From the NCBI GenBank assembly GCA_002269645.1, contig NIVC01000845.1, positions 62,001 to 126,000 on the forward strand: a stretch of 64,000 nucleotides of DNA, written 5' to 3'. A program made the position numbers and the translations under genes. Of the stretch, positions 51,362 through 64,000 are shown piece by piece. The notes beneath the pieces were generated by a model. That model did not search any database. It was not told where the DNA came from and saw only the letters and a list, made by a program, of their open reading frames with translations. Numbering within the stretch: the stretch's first letter is position 1; each line of letters opens with the position of its first letter. This DNA comes from Macrostomum lignano (Eukaryota).

Positions 51362-52873
51362 ATGTCTCTCAGTTGGACCCTCCCAATAGTCCTCCGTTTC
51401 CTGCTGCCCTCGGTGGCTTTGGCCCTGGAAACTGCGGCCGCCACCACCGCAACTGTCGCCTCCTGCGACGGCTCCAGGAAGCTCGGCGCTGTCTCGGCGG
51501 GCCTCTGCTCCGTCACCTGCCGCGAGGTTGCCGTCATCGGTGCCTGCGGCAGCAACGCCAGCGCCGCCCTGTGCGAGCGAGTCGATCTCAGCCTGACCCT
51601 TGACTGCGGCCGCGGCCGCGGCCTCAACTCCAACGAGATCCTGGCGCTCTCCGCCGACCGGGAATTCGCCCGCTTCCTGCCGTTCGTTCAAGACCTGAAT
51701 CTGGCCAGGTCGCGACTGCCGACCGTCACCCGAGCGCACCTGAGCAGCTTCGTCAGTCTCGCCGCCCTGTCGCTCAAAGATGTCAACGCCAGTCGCCTTG
51801 ATCCGCGCGCTCTGTCCGGCCCCGGGCGGAGTCTGCGGCACCTGGACCTGACCTTCAACAGTCTGGGCCACCTGCCGGACCAGCTGTTTGCCGACACGCG
51901 CGGCCTGGAGACGCTCGATCTAAGCGACAACCCGGAAGCTGTCGTGAGGGAAAATCCAAACCTGCTGCGGCCGCTGGCCAGCTGCCTCCACACCCTGCGG
52001 CTCAACGGACTCGGATTGACCGCCCTGCCGGTTGACTTCCTGGCTCCGCTGCAGTCGCTCGACGCGCTGCACATGGCGCGGAACAGCCTCAAGGAGCTGG
52101 ACGCCGTCAGCTTCCTCGGCCTGAGCTTCCCTTTCAGCGGGCGCCGCAGGCTGACCCTCAATTTCGACAGCAACAAAATCGAAAGGATTGGAGACTTCGC
52201 GTTCGCCCGCCTGCGCCTGCCACTGACGCTGACGCTGCAGCAAAACAACATCCGGCACCTCGGCTTTCTCAGCCACCCAACCATTGAGTCGACCGACCCC
52301 TGCCGCTGGGACTCCAGCAGCGTGAACCTCTACGACAATCCGCTGCAGTGCGGCTGCGAGCTGTACAATTTCACGCGAGTCAAGGTGACCGGCGCGGCCA
52401 TCACCGGGATCTGCCGGGGACCGCCGGGCTTCGAGCAGCACCTGCTGTACGGCTGGCGCTTCGGTCACGCGCATCGGGCGAAGTACTTTGAATTGACGGC
52501 GCTAAGCCGGTGCCGCGATGGCTGGAAGTGGCGCGACAGCGATGGCGCCTCTCTGAGCTGGCGCAGCTTCGGCGCCCAATACAGCTGCCGGTGCGGTCGC
52601 TGGTTCGATCCCGAGCAGGAGTACCTGCTCGAGTCCAGCTGCGCGAGCATGAGCCGGGCCTCGGTGCACTCACACGACAGTCACGGAGGTCACGAGCATG
52701 AACACGACAACGAACAGGTTTCCCGAGGGCATCTGCTAGCCGCCACCGCTTCGTCTTCGAAGTCCTTCAACAAGAAGCCCTCGGCCAGGGGTGACAGACT
52801 CCACAGTTCGATATTGTTTGCTGCTTTCAACCTTCTGTTGCCGAGCGGTTTGATGCTGCAGTCTGCTCTGTGA
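51362..52873 (+). CDS. Intronless extracellular leucine-rich-repeat protein, probably GPI-anchored (503 aa)
   Basis: Signal peptide; repeated LxxLxLxxNxL motifs (LRHLDLTFNSL, LETLDLSDNP, LDALHMARNSL); LRRCT NPLQCGC...C.GPP; His-rich spacer; hydrophobic C-terminus with no cytoplasmic tail. Confidence 0.9.
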   Translation: MSLSWTLPIVLRFLLPSVALALETAAATTATVASCDGSRKLGAVSAGLCSVTCREVAVIGACGSNASAALCERVDLSLTLDCGRGRGLNSNEILALSADREFARFLPFVQDLNLARSRLPTVTRAHLSSFVSLAALSLKDVNASRLDPRALSGPGRSLRHLDLTFNSLGHLPDQLFADTRGLETLDLSDNPEAVVRENPNLLRPLASCLHTLRLNGLGLTALPVDFLAPLQSLDALHMARNSLKELDAVSFLGLSFPFSGRRRLTLNFDSNKIERIGDFAFARLRLPLTLTLQQNNIRHLGFLSHPTIESTDPCRWDSSSVNLYDNPLQCGCELYNFTRVKVTGAAITGICRGPPGFEQHLLYGWRFGHAHRAKYFELTALSRCRDGWKWRDSDGASLSWRSFGAQYSCRCGRWFDPEQEYLLESSCASMSRASVHSHDSHGGHEHEHDNEQVSRGHLLAATASSSKSFNKKPSARGDRLHSSILFAAFNLLLPSGLMLQSAL

Positions 52874-53313
52874 GACCAGAGTCTGTCCAATAAAATTGCT
52901 GGTTGTCATTGAGAACTCAATGGAACTCGGCACAAAAAACTCGATATCGCTTCAACGATTTGGCCTGGCGGAGCAGAAAACCTGTTTGACAATTGTCTGC
53001 TCGCGCTACGCTCTTGAATAAATCTTGCTTTCGACAAAAAGATGACAATTTATGATGCCTCTCGAGCCGCCGCAGTGACAACTTTACAATCTCAATCCGT
53101 TTCTGTCAGTCTTAACTTTATAATATGCTTCTTTCTCTATGCTTATGTCCACTATCTAGCACTGTTGCATGCAACAGCAGCATACTGCTTTGACAACGCT
53201 AGCTAAATATATACACATGTAGTTGCATATATTTATAGCCTAAAAAAGTATTAACAACCAGAATAACCGTCTCCTAGTCTTCTAAATGAACCGTTCTGAG
53301 AAAGAGCCAGACA

Positions 53314-53680
53314 GGGGGGGGGGCCGTAGCCCAGCGGTAGCGCAGCTGCTCTGGTGTGCCAGCGACCCAGGCTCGATTCCAAGTGCAGTCACATTAATTT
53401 GGGGCTGAATTGGAATCTCGGCTTGGCTCTGCTCGTGCAATTAACGGCCTTGAAGGCCAGCCCCCCAAGGCGCAGTGAAGTGTACATGCCTAACGATAAT
53501 ATAAAGTTAGGGCCGCTGTACACTCCTGTGTGAGTGTGTGCCTGCGTACGTATCCGCGCGCTTGTATGCCTGCTCAGGGGAGTCGGCGGAATGGGCAGTA
53601 ATGCCTCTCGCCGGTTGTGTGCCAATGTCGCTTAAAGTGCGCCAGGGTGCACACAACCCCGGCCCCTGCCTCTAATAAAA
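53314..53680 (+). mobile_element. Young tRNA-derived SINE, family 2, copy 2
   Basis: A box TAGCCCAGCGG, B box GGCTCGATTCC, AATAAAAAAA tail; TSD AAAGAGCCAGACAG at 53301-53314 and 53681-53694. Confidence 0.93.
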
Positions 53681-54551
53681 AAAGAGCCAGACAGAAGTGT
53701 CCAAGGAAGCGAGGAAAGAGTGAGGAAGCTTTACTGGACTCCTTGACGACTTGATTTGATCAATCCAACCGAATTTTCACCCTGTTTTTCTATTCTTTGT
53801 ACTTTTGCAGCTCTTAAACACTTCCTCGGCTCGGATCAACAAGTTTTTCAACTCAAGATATCGACTCAACAGGGGGGGGGCGGCTGCTGGGAAGGAGACC
53901 TGCTAATAGTCGAAAGACGAATCGTCCCTACTGGCGACTACAAACTAGAGAGATGGTTCAGCGGCCAGTGGCTCAGCTTGCGAGCGCTGGGTGGGTGTTG
54001 AGGGGAGAATTATCCCTCCCCCTCCCATCCACCGTCTTCCACAGCCTGGAGTAGTGCATGCGAATGGGGAGGGGAAAGGAAACTGGGAGAAGATAGAGAC
54101 CGCCCGCTGGGAAATCGCTTAGGGGGGGGGGTTGGGTAAGCTCGGCCCGTAGACGGAGGATGAAGAGGAGAGGCTGGGCTGCTGCTGGATGCAGCTGCGG
54201 CAGCTCCATGGTGCTGCTCCTCATTTTCCCAGGCTGGCTAAAGCGACGCAAAGAAAAGCAAGAGAGAAGCAGGGTGAGCTCATCTCGCATTCAGACCACC
54301 TCCTCTCAGTGTTGTATCTCCCATAAAATCCCTTTACTGCCTGCTCATTCTGCCGTGTCTTTGCCGCCATTGTTCTCCAAGCTCCCCCTCCCTCAGCCTC
54401 CTGGTAGTTCCGGGGCGGTGACTCAGTGCTGCCAGCCATCGGTATGCGAGGAGAATACTGGTCTCCTGGAGATCTGCTGGGCGTGAGCAGTGAATTCTAC
54501 AGATAGAGTGATAGCAGAAACCGTGAATTACTCGTACTGTCAGATACTGCC

Positions 54552-55836
54552 AATGTCTAAGATCCTAAATCCTGTGAAACCTTATAGACTAGATTGAACT
54601 GCCCTCAGGCTGAACTGCCCTCAGACTGAACTGCCCTCAGTCTGAACTGCCCTCAGACTGAACTGCCCTCAGTCTGAACTGCCCTCAGGCTGAACTGCCC
54701 TCAGACTGAACTGCCCTCAGACTGAACTGCCCTCAGACTGAACTGCCCTCAGACTGAACTGCCCTCAGACTGAACTGCCCTCAGACTGAACTGCCCTCAG
54801 ACTGAACTGCCCTCAGACTGAACTGCCCTCAGACTGAACTGCCCTCAGACTGAACTGCCCTCAGACTGAACTGCCCTCAGACTAAACTGCCCTCAGACTG
54901 AGCTGTCCTCAGACTGAACTGCCCTCAAACTGAGCTACCCTCAGACTGAACTGCCCTCAAACTGAGCTACCCTCAGACTGAACTGCCCTCAGACTGAACT
55001 GCCCTCAGACTGAACTGCCCTCAAACTGAGCTACCCTCAGACTGAACTGCCCTCAGACTGAACTGCCCTCAGACTGAACTGCCGTCAAACTGAGCTACCC
55101 TCAGACTGAACTGCCCTCAGACTGACCTGCCCTCAAACTGAACTGCCAGATCCCATCAGAGTCTACCACGAGACTTGGTCAGTCATGATTTGGACTTTGA
55201 AAGTGACTTCAATCATGAATTGAAGCTGAAAAATTTTAAACTATATTTTTAGTACTCAACGAGGCGGTCCTTCAGTCATAATACAGGTGTTATATTCATG
55301 ATGGGCATTACATGTAGCCAAAATATCCCCGTGACACAGCTTGTCACCTGAGGTAACCCGATTACGTAACACACGCTGCGCTGCACATCCCCAAACAGTG
55401 GAGAGCAACACACACTGAGGAGGTGAAGAGGAGCTCAGGCAGACCCGAGACCCCGCTCTGAAAAAACACCCATTAGTCACCGGCCAAAGCTCAAGCCTGT
55501 TGCTAATCCCCAAGAGGATGGGGACTCGCATGCGACCTGCCTGCTTGCAAACAAGAATTTCCTATGTGCTTGGCAAGGAGGCTATGTCAAGGAGTTCGCA
55601 GAACTACAGTCTGGATTGAGAGACTACTTTGTAACCATCTTTATTGAATTTTCGAGGGCAGTTCAGTCTGAGGGCAGTTCAGTCTGAGGGCAGTTCAGTC
55701 TGAGGGCAGTTCAGCCTGAGGGCAGTTCAGTCTGAGGGCAGTTCAGTCTGAGGGTAGCTCAGTCTGAGGGCAGTTCAGTCTGAGGGTAGCTCAGTCTAGT
55801 CTATAAGGTTTCTCAGGATTTACGATCCTAGACATT
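54552..55836. mobile_element. Foldback-type element: 42-bp TIRs plus inverted arrays of a 16-bp repeat (GACTGAACTGCCCTCA)
   Basis: 54552-54593 and the reverse complement of 55795-55836 match at 39/42; ~34 repeat copies on the left, ~8 inverted copies on the right; ~500-bp non-coding spacer. No clear TSD. Confidence 0.8.
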
Positions 55837-56542
55837 AGTCTAGGACTAGGCAGAGACCGTCAAGTGCACTGCTGCCTTTCCCACCCAAAATAACTTTCCC
55901 TGATTTTGTGGCCGGTTTTAATAAACGATGAATGGGTGGTGAGCAAAGGACGGGTGGTCCGGTCCGCGTGCTCTTGAATAATTGACTCGCAGTTTAAGGT
56001 GTGCCAACTTTCTTCCCCGATGAGTCACTTGCTTCCCAATTTAAATCCCACCTTTTTTATATTCCACTAAAGCCAGGAATTCGCTTCGTCAGCCTCACAG
56101 CTCTTCATCTTCCCTCTTCATTCTGGATCCGTGTGTGCTTTTTCACCCCCTGGCCTTTCCAGTAATCGATTGGCGACTGAACTTGCCGCCACTGCAGACT
56201 CCCCGGGACTCCTCTCACCTTCATCAGCCCCCGCTCTTTACCCGGGGCGCCCAGACCAGGCCAGAAATGTTCTTTTAGTTAACCAAAGAGGCCAAGAGTC
56301 TGCTGGCTCCGGCAGTCCGTGGGCTATGGGGGGGGGAAGGGGGAGCTCGCCGATTTCCGGCCTCCATCTCGATTGCCGATTCTTAGTCGGCTTTTTTCTT
56401 CTTGGCTGCTTTAGCAATCTCTGCCTCACTTTGGCTCTGCACTGCCCAGCAACTCGCCTGAGTGAGCAATAACAGATAAGCTTATGGCTGAGGCTGAGGG
56501 AACTTCTGCCCAGCTGGGGATAAATTGCCGCCGCCACTTGTT

Positions 56543-57096
<554 letters not shown>

Positions 57097-57814
57097 ACTC
57101 CGCAGCCCTCAGCTCAGCCGTGAGTGCAGCTATTTTTAACTCCCTACTTGGGACTTTGTCGGAGATGACTGAGCCGAAAGAGTTGCCTGCAATGAAAATA
57201 AAATTGAGAAGATTGGAGAGGGAGTTAAGAAGGAGTAGAAGATAAGAGAGGTCTGAGAGCCCCTGATTAGTAGGCCAACTCCCCTTCTCAGTCACAGATG
57301 AGGCAAAGAATTAGAGGCTGAGCGAGAGGATTGCCGCTCCGCCTTCATCAGCTCAGTTGGCAGAGTGAGATGAGAGATTTGAAAAAAAGATGAGTCTGCA
57401 TTCGGCTGCGCCCAGCTGTGGCAGCCGGGAAGATTCTGCGTATCAGCTGATCGAGTCACTCTCTCTCTCTCTACCCTGAGCCCAGCTTGATTAAACATTC
57501 TCTTGATTAGCAAAATAGCGGCTTACTTACTGAGACAGAACAGGCAGATCCATCCTGACTCTGATGGGGGAAGGCAAACCTGATTCTGGTGCAGCAGCAT
57601 TTGTTTGTTCTGGTGTGGGCTCTGATTGATTCGAAAACTAATCCGCTCTGAATCGGTTGCTGAGTAGCAAGGATGCTCAGGGGATGTATCAATGTATGGC
57701 GTTTCTTTCCAAAAATGCTGATTTTTTTGTAATCTGAGAAGCCGTCAAAGAGAGAAAATTTAGTGGAGGCGTTTTGGAGAAGATGGGAAACAGAAGGTAA
57801 GATTTGGGTAAACA

Positions 57815-58655
57815 GGGGGAACAGATGGGGGAGAGATGGGGGAGACAGGGGAACAGATGGGGGAGAGATGGGGGAGACAGGGGAACAGATGGGGGGAGAC
57901 AGGGGGAACAGATGGGGGAGACAGGGGAACAGATGGGGGAAGACAGGGGGAACAGATGGGGGAGAGATGGGGGAGACAGGGGAACAGATGGGGGGAGACA
58001 GGGGGAACAGATGGGGGAGACAGGGGGAACAGATGGGGGAGACAGGGGAACAGATGGGGGAAGACAGGGGGAACAGATGGGGGAGAGATGGGGGAGACAG
58101 GGGAACAGATGGGGGAGACAGGGGAACAGATGGGGGAGACAGGGGAACAGATGGGGGAGACAGGGGAACAGATGGGGAGACAGGGGAACAGATGGGGGAA
58201 GACAGGGGAACAGATGGGGGAGACAGGGGAACAGATGGGGGAAGACAGGGGGAACAGATGGGGGAGACAGGGGAACAGATGGGGGAGACAGGGGAACAGA
58301 TGGGGGAAGACAGGGGGAACAGATGGGGGAGACAGGGGAACAGATGGGGGAGACAGGGGAACAGATGGGGGAAGACAGGGGGAACAGATGGGGGAGACAG
58401 GGGAACAGATGGGGGGAGACAGGGGGAACAGATGGGGAGACAGGGGAATAGATGGGGGGAGACAGGGGGAACAGATAGGGGAGACAGGGGAACAGATGGG
58501 GGGAGACAGGGGGAACAGATGGGGGAGACAGGGGGAACAGATGAGGGGAGACAGGGGGAGCAGATGGGGGGAGACAGGGGGAACAGATGGGGGAGACAGG
58601 GGGAACAGATGGGGGGAGACAGGGGGAACAGATGGGGGGAGACAGGGGGAGCAGA
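57815..58655. repeat. G-rich ~20-22-bp minisatellite GGGGGAGACAGGGGAACAGAT
   Basis: Seen directly. Confidence 0.95.
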
Positions 58656-61014
58656 TGAGGCACTTCCTCCATCCCCTCCGTCTAAAAGGCAAGTCTCTGC
58701 AAGGATGATTTGCAATATTGGGATCCGGGAGGGATGGGGATGATGTAGCCGCAGTTGAACCCGGAGGGGACAACAAGGAAGGCAGAAATCCAGCTTGCAA
58801 TCCTATGCATCGAGCTGTGTCTCCGAGCTATTTTATATAGTACAGCATTGGATTTCCTCTCGAGGCGAAATAGCGCTGTTTTGCAATTTTGTTCGCGTAA
58901 AATCTGCTGTCCAGCTACGAGCTAGTTAGCTGGGCATCTTCCTCCTGGCTTCTTTGATGCAGCTCTTTCTATGGGAGATATTGCAGTTGAGTGCCTCTCA
59001 CATGACTAACTAATACTTCAAGATCCGAATATATAGTACCTACTTGTATAGTGCGTGCTCAGAGACTAGCTCTTTGCAGCTAGATCTATAGCTATAAAGG
59101 CCGGACCCCGCGAGTCGGTCGACTAGTCTCCAATGAGCAGGAAATTAACTTCCCCCTAGTAGCCGCGGCTTTCTCATTTGCGACTCTCCTGCACAGTCCC
59201 CATCGGCGGGTTCAGAGCAAGTATAGTAAGCCAATAAATGGAAAGTCTCTTCCCAGTGATGGGGCAGAATAAGCTCTGTTGGGATGACTACCTGGTGATT
59301 TTGTAGATGGCTTTGGCTTGGGGATCTGTCTTGCATGGTTCTTTATATAGTTACATACCAGGTACATGTATAAGCATGAAATTCAATAATTGCCTGACCA
59401 GCTTCCTCCGTCTCCGCATGAACAAACGTTTAACATCCCCTTTTATAAGATATGAGATGGAACAGAGCTTAAATATTCTCTGATCTCCCGTAGTGAGTGA
59501 GTTCTTTAATAATCGCTAATTCTGTTTGTAATTAAACTGGGAAAATCAAAGTTCAATAAATATGGGAAATAATTTTTAGTACATGGATTGTAGCATGAAA
59601 TCATTAATCTATTTATTCAGTGAATTTAGCCCAGCATTTTGATCAAGGAAAACTAAACGGAATACATGCATGTACACCAAGAACGACTTAAGTATATACA
59701 AAACGGACTATACTTAATAGTCGTCCTAGACAATACACACGTATTAAAAATGTAATGTAAATAATAAATGTAATGTAAAATGTAAATGTAAATGTAAATG
59801 ATAAACATAATGTATATAAAAAAATCGTATGACTTATATAGCTCTTTTGCATGCTATTTACGTTTCTATTCCAGTTTAAAATTTTTTACAACTTTCGGTT
59901 TTTAAATTAGCTGTTCTTACAGATCGTAATTGCAAGCAAAGTGAAATCGTGTTATTAATGAAATAAAAACAACTTTTAATCATACCTAGGTTTTTTGCTA
60001 ATTAAAATATTAGAATTGTAGTAGTGTAAATAACACATTTACTAAAGCCTTTTGCATAGGAATTACTGTTCTTACGTTTGTTATATTCGGTAGACAGTGT
60101 AACTTTGCTGATTTAACTTATAAAGTACCGATTCTTTTCTGAATTCGTGAATAGTTAATATACAGTTAGTTGCTACTATGCTGGCTATGGCATAGAAATA
60201 GTAAAATTAACAACTAGATAGAGTAAAAAAAGTAAATATTTTTAAAAGCTCTAGGTAGAGCATTCTACACTGGTAAGCAGACAAAGCTTTTTTCATAAGT
60301 CTCATAGGTCCTACCTACGAGTACATTAATGCATCGTTTCATAATGATTTTGTGCGTTACTGCGTACAAATATTATTTTAGTGATACTACTTGAAAGTTT
60401 AGAGCATTTTTACAGTGCAAAGTAAAAAATAATATTATAGATTAAACGATTTTACTGTTAGAAATTTTCGGTTGAAGCGAAATTACCAGATCATGATTAA
60501 TTTAGGCGATACAAAAATACAATAAAATTAAAGCACCATCCAGGAAAAAAGAATCAATGACCATATAGAATCAATAACCATCTAATATATTTTCGAAAAT
60601 TACAAACATAATATTATTATATAGTGAACATGCTCAAAAATATAAAAATGTATCAGTGAATTGTACTAGCATCAGCATCTATGAGTATTGGGAGTATAGA
60701 AATTTTTAATTTGATTAAGTGCATGACAAACATATTTCTTTGAAAAAATACTGGGCCTTCAAGTCGTAAATTTATGATAAAACATCAACATCATTTTAAT
60801 TATTATTTTATTATTCAAAAAGAATGTAAAAATGAAATAGAAAATTCCGGATCGTCGTGAAAAATTCTTACAAAATTTTTATCTTAAAAAATGCGAGAAA
60901 AAGCAACATCTTTTATATCTATATTTATTATTAACTTTCTAACGTTTATTTCTAATAAATTTTAACTCAGATCAGCAAGCAGACACACACTGAAGGCAGA
61001 AGTTCTCTGGAGTT

Positions 61015-61624
61015 ATGCCGGCCACGGCCGCCGAGGCGCCGACGCAACAGGCGTCGCAGTCGCAGCCTCCAGCAGCCGCGCCGCCAGCCTCCTCGGCTGC
61101 CGAGCTGTCCCGGATGCGGGAGCAGGTGCTACGGCGGCAGGCCGACGTCCAGCAGCAGGTTGGCAAATTCCGGCGAACCGATTTCCGGCGCCAGGTGATT
61201 GCTGAGCACCTCGCCGAGCTTAAGCGCTACTCGCGTCTCACCAAGAAAAACGTCAGCGTGCCGTTGCAACGACAGCCGAAGTCGGCCAGAATCCGGGTGG
61301 ACACCTCCAAGTCGCACAGCAACATTGACGTTGTTCGTCTGGCGCTGCAGAAGCTGCGCTGGCGTGAGCTGCCCAACGGCCCGGGGCCCGGCGTGCCCTG
61401 CGAGCTGTGTTGGAACGGCCTGAGCTTTGCCGAGAATCCCGGACATCCGGGCGGCCTGGTGAACCGGTTCCCGGGCATGGCCGAACTGCTGCACAAGATT
61501 AATCTGAGTCGGACGCTGGAGACCATGCGGAGGCTCTATCCCAGCATGTACGACTTTTATCCGGACACCTGGTACCTGCCGTTCCAGATGGCCGAGTTTC
61601 AGGCACACGCCGCTGAGGCCAGGA
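61015..61624 (+). CDS. TTLL11: Tubulin polyglutamylase TTLL11-like, first coding exon
   Basis: DTSKSHSNIDVVRLALQKLRWRELP...CELCWNGLSF...VNRFPGMAELLHKINLSRTLETMRRLYPSMYDFYPDTWYLP parallels the TTLL11 N-terminal TTL domain; donor AGGA|GTGAGT. Downstream exons were not found in the window. Confidence 0.85.
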
Positions 61625-61702
61625 GTGAGTTTTGGCTGCAACTCTTGACTTTGGGATGCTCTAGATTCATGCTTTTTGTAGGGCTGGGCTGCTAGTCTAG
61701 GG

Positions 61703-62408
61703 CGCTTGTCACTCTGTGATTGCTTGTCACCCTGGTGAGGGTGCTTGTCACTCTGGTGAGGGTTCTTGTCACTCTGGTGAGGGTTCTTGTCACTCTGGTG
61801 AGGGTTCTTGTCACTCTGTTGAGGGCGCTTGTCACTCTGTGATTGCTTGTCACCCTGGTGAGGGTGCTTGTCACTCTGGTGAGGGTTCTTGTCACTCTGG
61901 TGAGGGTTCTTGTCACTCTGGTGAGGGCGCTTGTCACTCTGGTGAGGGTGCTTGTCACTCTGGTGAGGGTTCTTGTCACTCTGGTGAGGGTTCTTGTCAC
62001 TCTGGTGAGGGTTCTTGTCACTCTGGTGAGGTTCTTGTCACTCTGTTGAGGGTGCTTGTCACTATGTGATTGCTTGTCACTCTGGTGAGGGTGCTTGTCA
62101 CTCTGGTGAGGGTTCTTGTCACTCTGGTGAGGGTTCTTGTCACTCTGGTGAGGGTTCTTGTCACTCTGGTGAGGGTTTTTGTCACTCTGGTGAGGTTCTT
62201 GTCACTCTGTTGAGGGTGCTTGTCACTATGTGATTGCTTGTCACTCTGGTGAGGGCGCTTGTCACTCTGGTGAGGGTTCTTGTCACTCTGGTGAGGGTTC
62301 TTGTCACTCTGGTGAGGGTTCTTGTCACTCTGGTGAGGGTTCTTGTCACTCTGGTGAGGGCGCTTGTCACTCTGAGAGCGCTTGTCACTCTGAGGACGCT
62401 TGTCACTC
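61703..62408. repeat. Minisatellite, ~21-bp unit GTCACTCTGGTGAGGGTTCTT, in the TTLL11 intron
   Basis: Seen directly. Confidence 0.95.
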
Positions 62409-63096
62409 AGCAGCCGTGATTGGGGACATAAACAGCAGCAGTTCATTATTAAGGCGCACACGCTCATCAAGCTTAGTGAATACAAACAGCTGAAGTTGAA
62501 TGCACAGGGCATTCAAGGCTGGAATCTGCAAAACAATGCCACGATTCACCCCTGCTCCCAGTTCCAACTTTATGGAATAAAATGAAATACATTGTTCAGC
62601 CACTTCTGCCCCAGCGTCAGCCGCGTCGTGACAGATTCTAAAATCCCATCCCAAGTGTTACCATGGCTACTCCATGGAGTGGGGAGACTGGCGCTCACGC
62701 CCACTTACCCTCTCATCATTGCCATCTCTTTGTAGTCAAACAGAGTTGACGATTTTATTTTAGCTCAGCACATGGTCTTTCTTAATTAATGTTGGCGACA
62801 ATAGTTTGAACTCGTCTGTTGCTATGGCGACAGCGGCCCTGTCCGGTCAGAGCTGACCAGCCTCATAAATTATGAAGGCGATGAAATCGCAGCATTGTAG
62901 GGTGAGGGGCCTCGATCTTAGACAGCAAAGTTCAAAGCCTTGAAAGTGCGCCGCGCCCACTGTCTGCCCGAGGTTGCATGAATGCTAATGAAGAGACACT
63001 GCTTGCCTGTCAGGTGACCATTCGCGGGCGTGTTTGCACTGTCGGGGTGCGAACTTACTGCTTTCTCTTATGCTGTACCTCTGTTAGCGTTTGCCT

Positions 63097-64000
63097 AACT
63101 CTCTCTCTCCTCTCTCTTCTCTCCTCTCTCCTCCACCCCTGTCCTCTCTCTTCTCTCTCTCTCCTCTCTCCTTTCTCCTCTCTCTTCTCTCCTCTCTCCT
63201 CTCTCCTCTCTCCTCTCTCCTTTCTCCTCTCTCTTCTCTCCTCTCTCTTCTCTCTCTCTCCTCTCTCCTTTCTCCTCTCTCTTCTCTCCTCTCTCCTCTC
63301 TCCTCTCTCCTCTCTCCTTTCTCTTCTCTCCTCTCTCCTCTCTCCTCTCTCCTTTCTCCTCTCTCCTCCACCCCTCTCCTCTCTCTTCTCTCCTCTCTCC
63401 TCTCTCCTCTCTCTTCTCTCCTCTCTCCTTTCTCCTCTCTCCTCTCTCCTCTCTCCTCTCTCCTCTCTCTTCTCTCCTCTCTCCTCTCTCCTCTCTCCTT
63501 TCTCCTCTCTCCTCCACCCCTCTCCTCTCTCTTCTCTCCTCTCTCCTCCACCCCTGTCCTCTCTCTTCTCTCCTCTCTCCTCCACCCCTGTCCTCTCTCT
63601 TCTCTCCTCTCTCCTCTCTCCTTTCTCCTCTCTCTTCTCTCCTCTCTCCTCCACCCCTGTCCTCTCTCTTCTCTCCTTTCTCCTCTCTCTTCTCTCCTCT
63701 CTCCTTTCTCCTCTCTCCTCTCTCCTTTCTCCTCTCTCTTCTCTCCTCTCTCCTCTCTCCTTTCTCCTCTCTCCTCTCTCTTCTCTCCTCTCTCCTCTCT
63801 CCTCTCTCCTCTCTCCTCTCTCCTCTCTCCTCTCTCCTCTCTCTTCTCTCCTCTCTCCTCTCCTCTCTCCTCTCCTCTCTCCTCTCTCTCTCTCCTCTCT
63901 CCTCTCTCCTCTCTCTTCTCTCCTCTCTCCTCTCTCCTCTCTCCTTTCTCCTCTCTCCTCCACCCCTCTCCTCTCTCTTCTCTCCTCTCTCCTCCACCCC
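63097..64000. repeat. CT-rich low-complexity satellite (CTCTCTC / CTCTCCT units), runs off the window
   Basis: Seen directly. Confidence 0.95.

Overview
Eukaryotic, very repeat-rich invertebrate genomic DNA. A free-living flatworm such as Macrostomum is my inference from the GC-rich poly-Gln coding style and minisatellite-filled introns; it is not proven. Contents: a tRNA-Cys(GCA) gene; a 3-exon tincar homologue (minus strand); an 8-exon secreted 3xIg-domain gene (minus) whose every intron holds a different tandem repeat, two of which are built from the splice junction itself; a full-length Mag-like Ty3/Gypsy element with identical 180-bp LTRs but a crippled pol, inserted in a G-rich satellite in intron 3 of that gene; a tandem cluster of four intronless secreted PAN/Apple-like + LamG/ConA-like genes (one truncated); an intronless LRR protein with a probable GPI tail; the first coding exon of a TTLL11-like tubulin polyglutamylase; two tRNA-derived SINE families; a foldback-type inverted-repeat element; and more than 20 micro/minisatellite arrays. 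Most ORFs in the supplied track are translation artefacts of these repeats. Exon structures were assembled by hand from GT-AG sites and phase matching.
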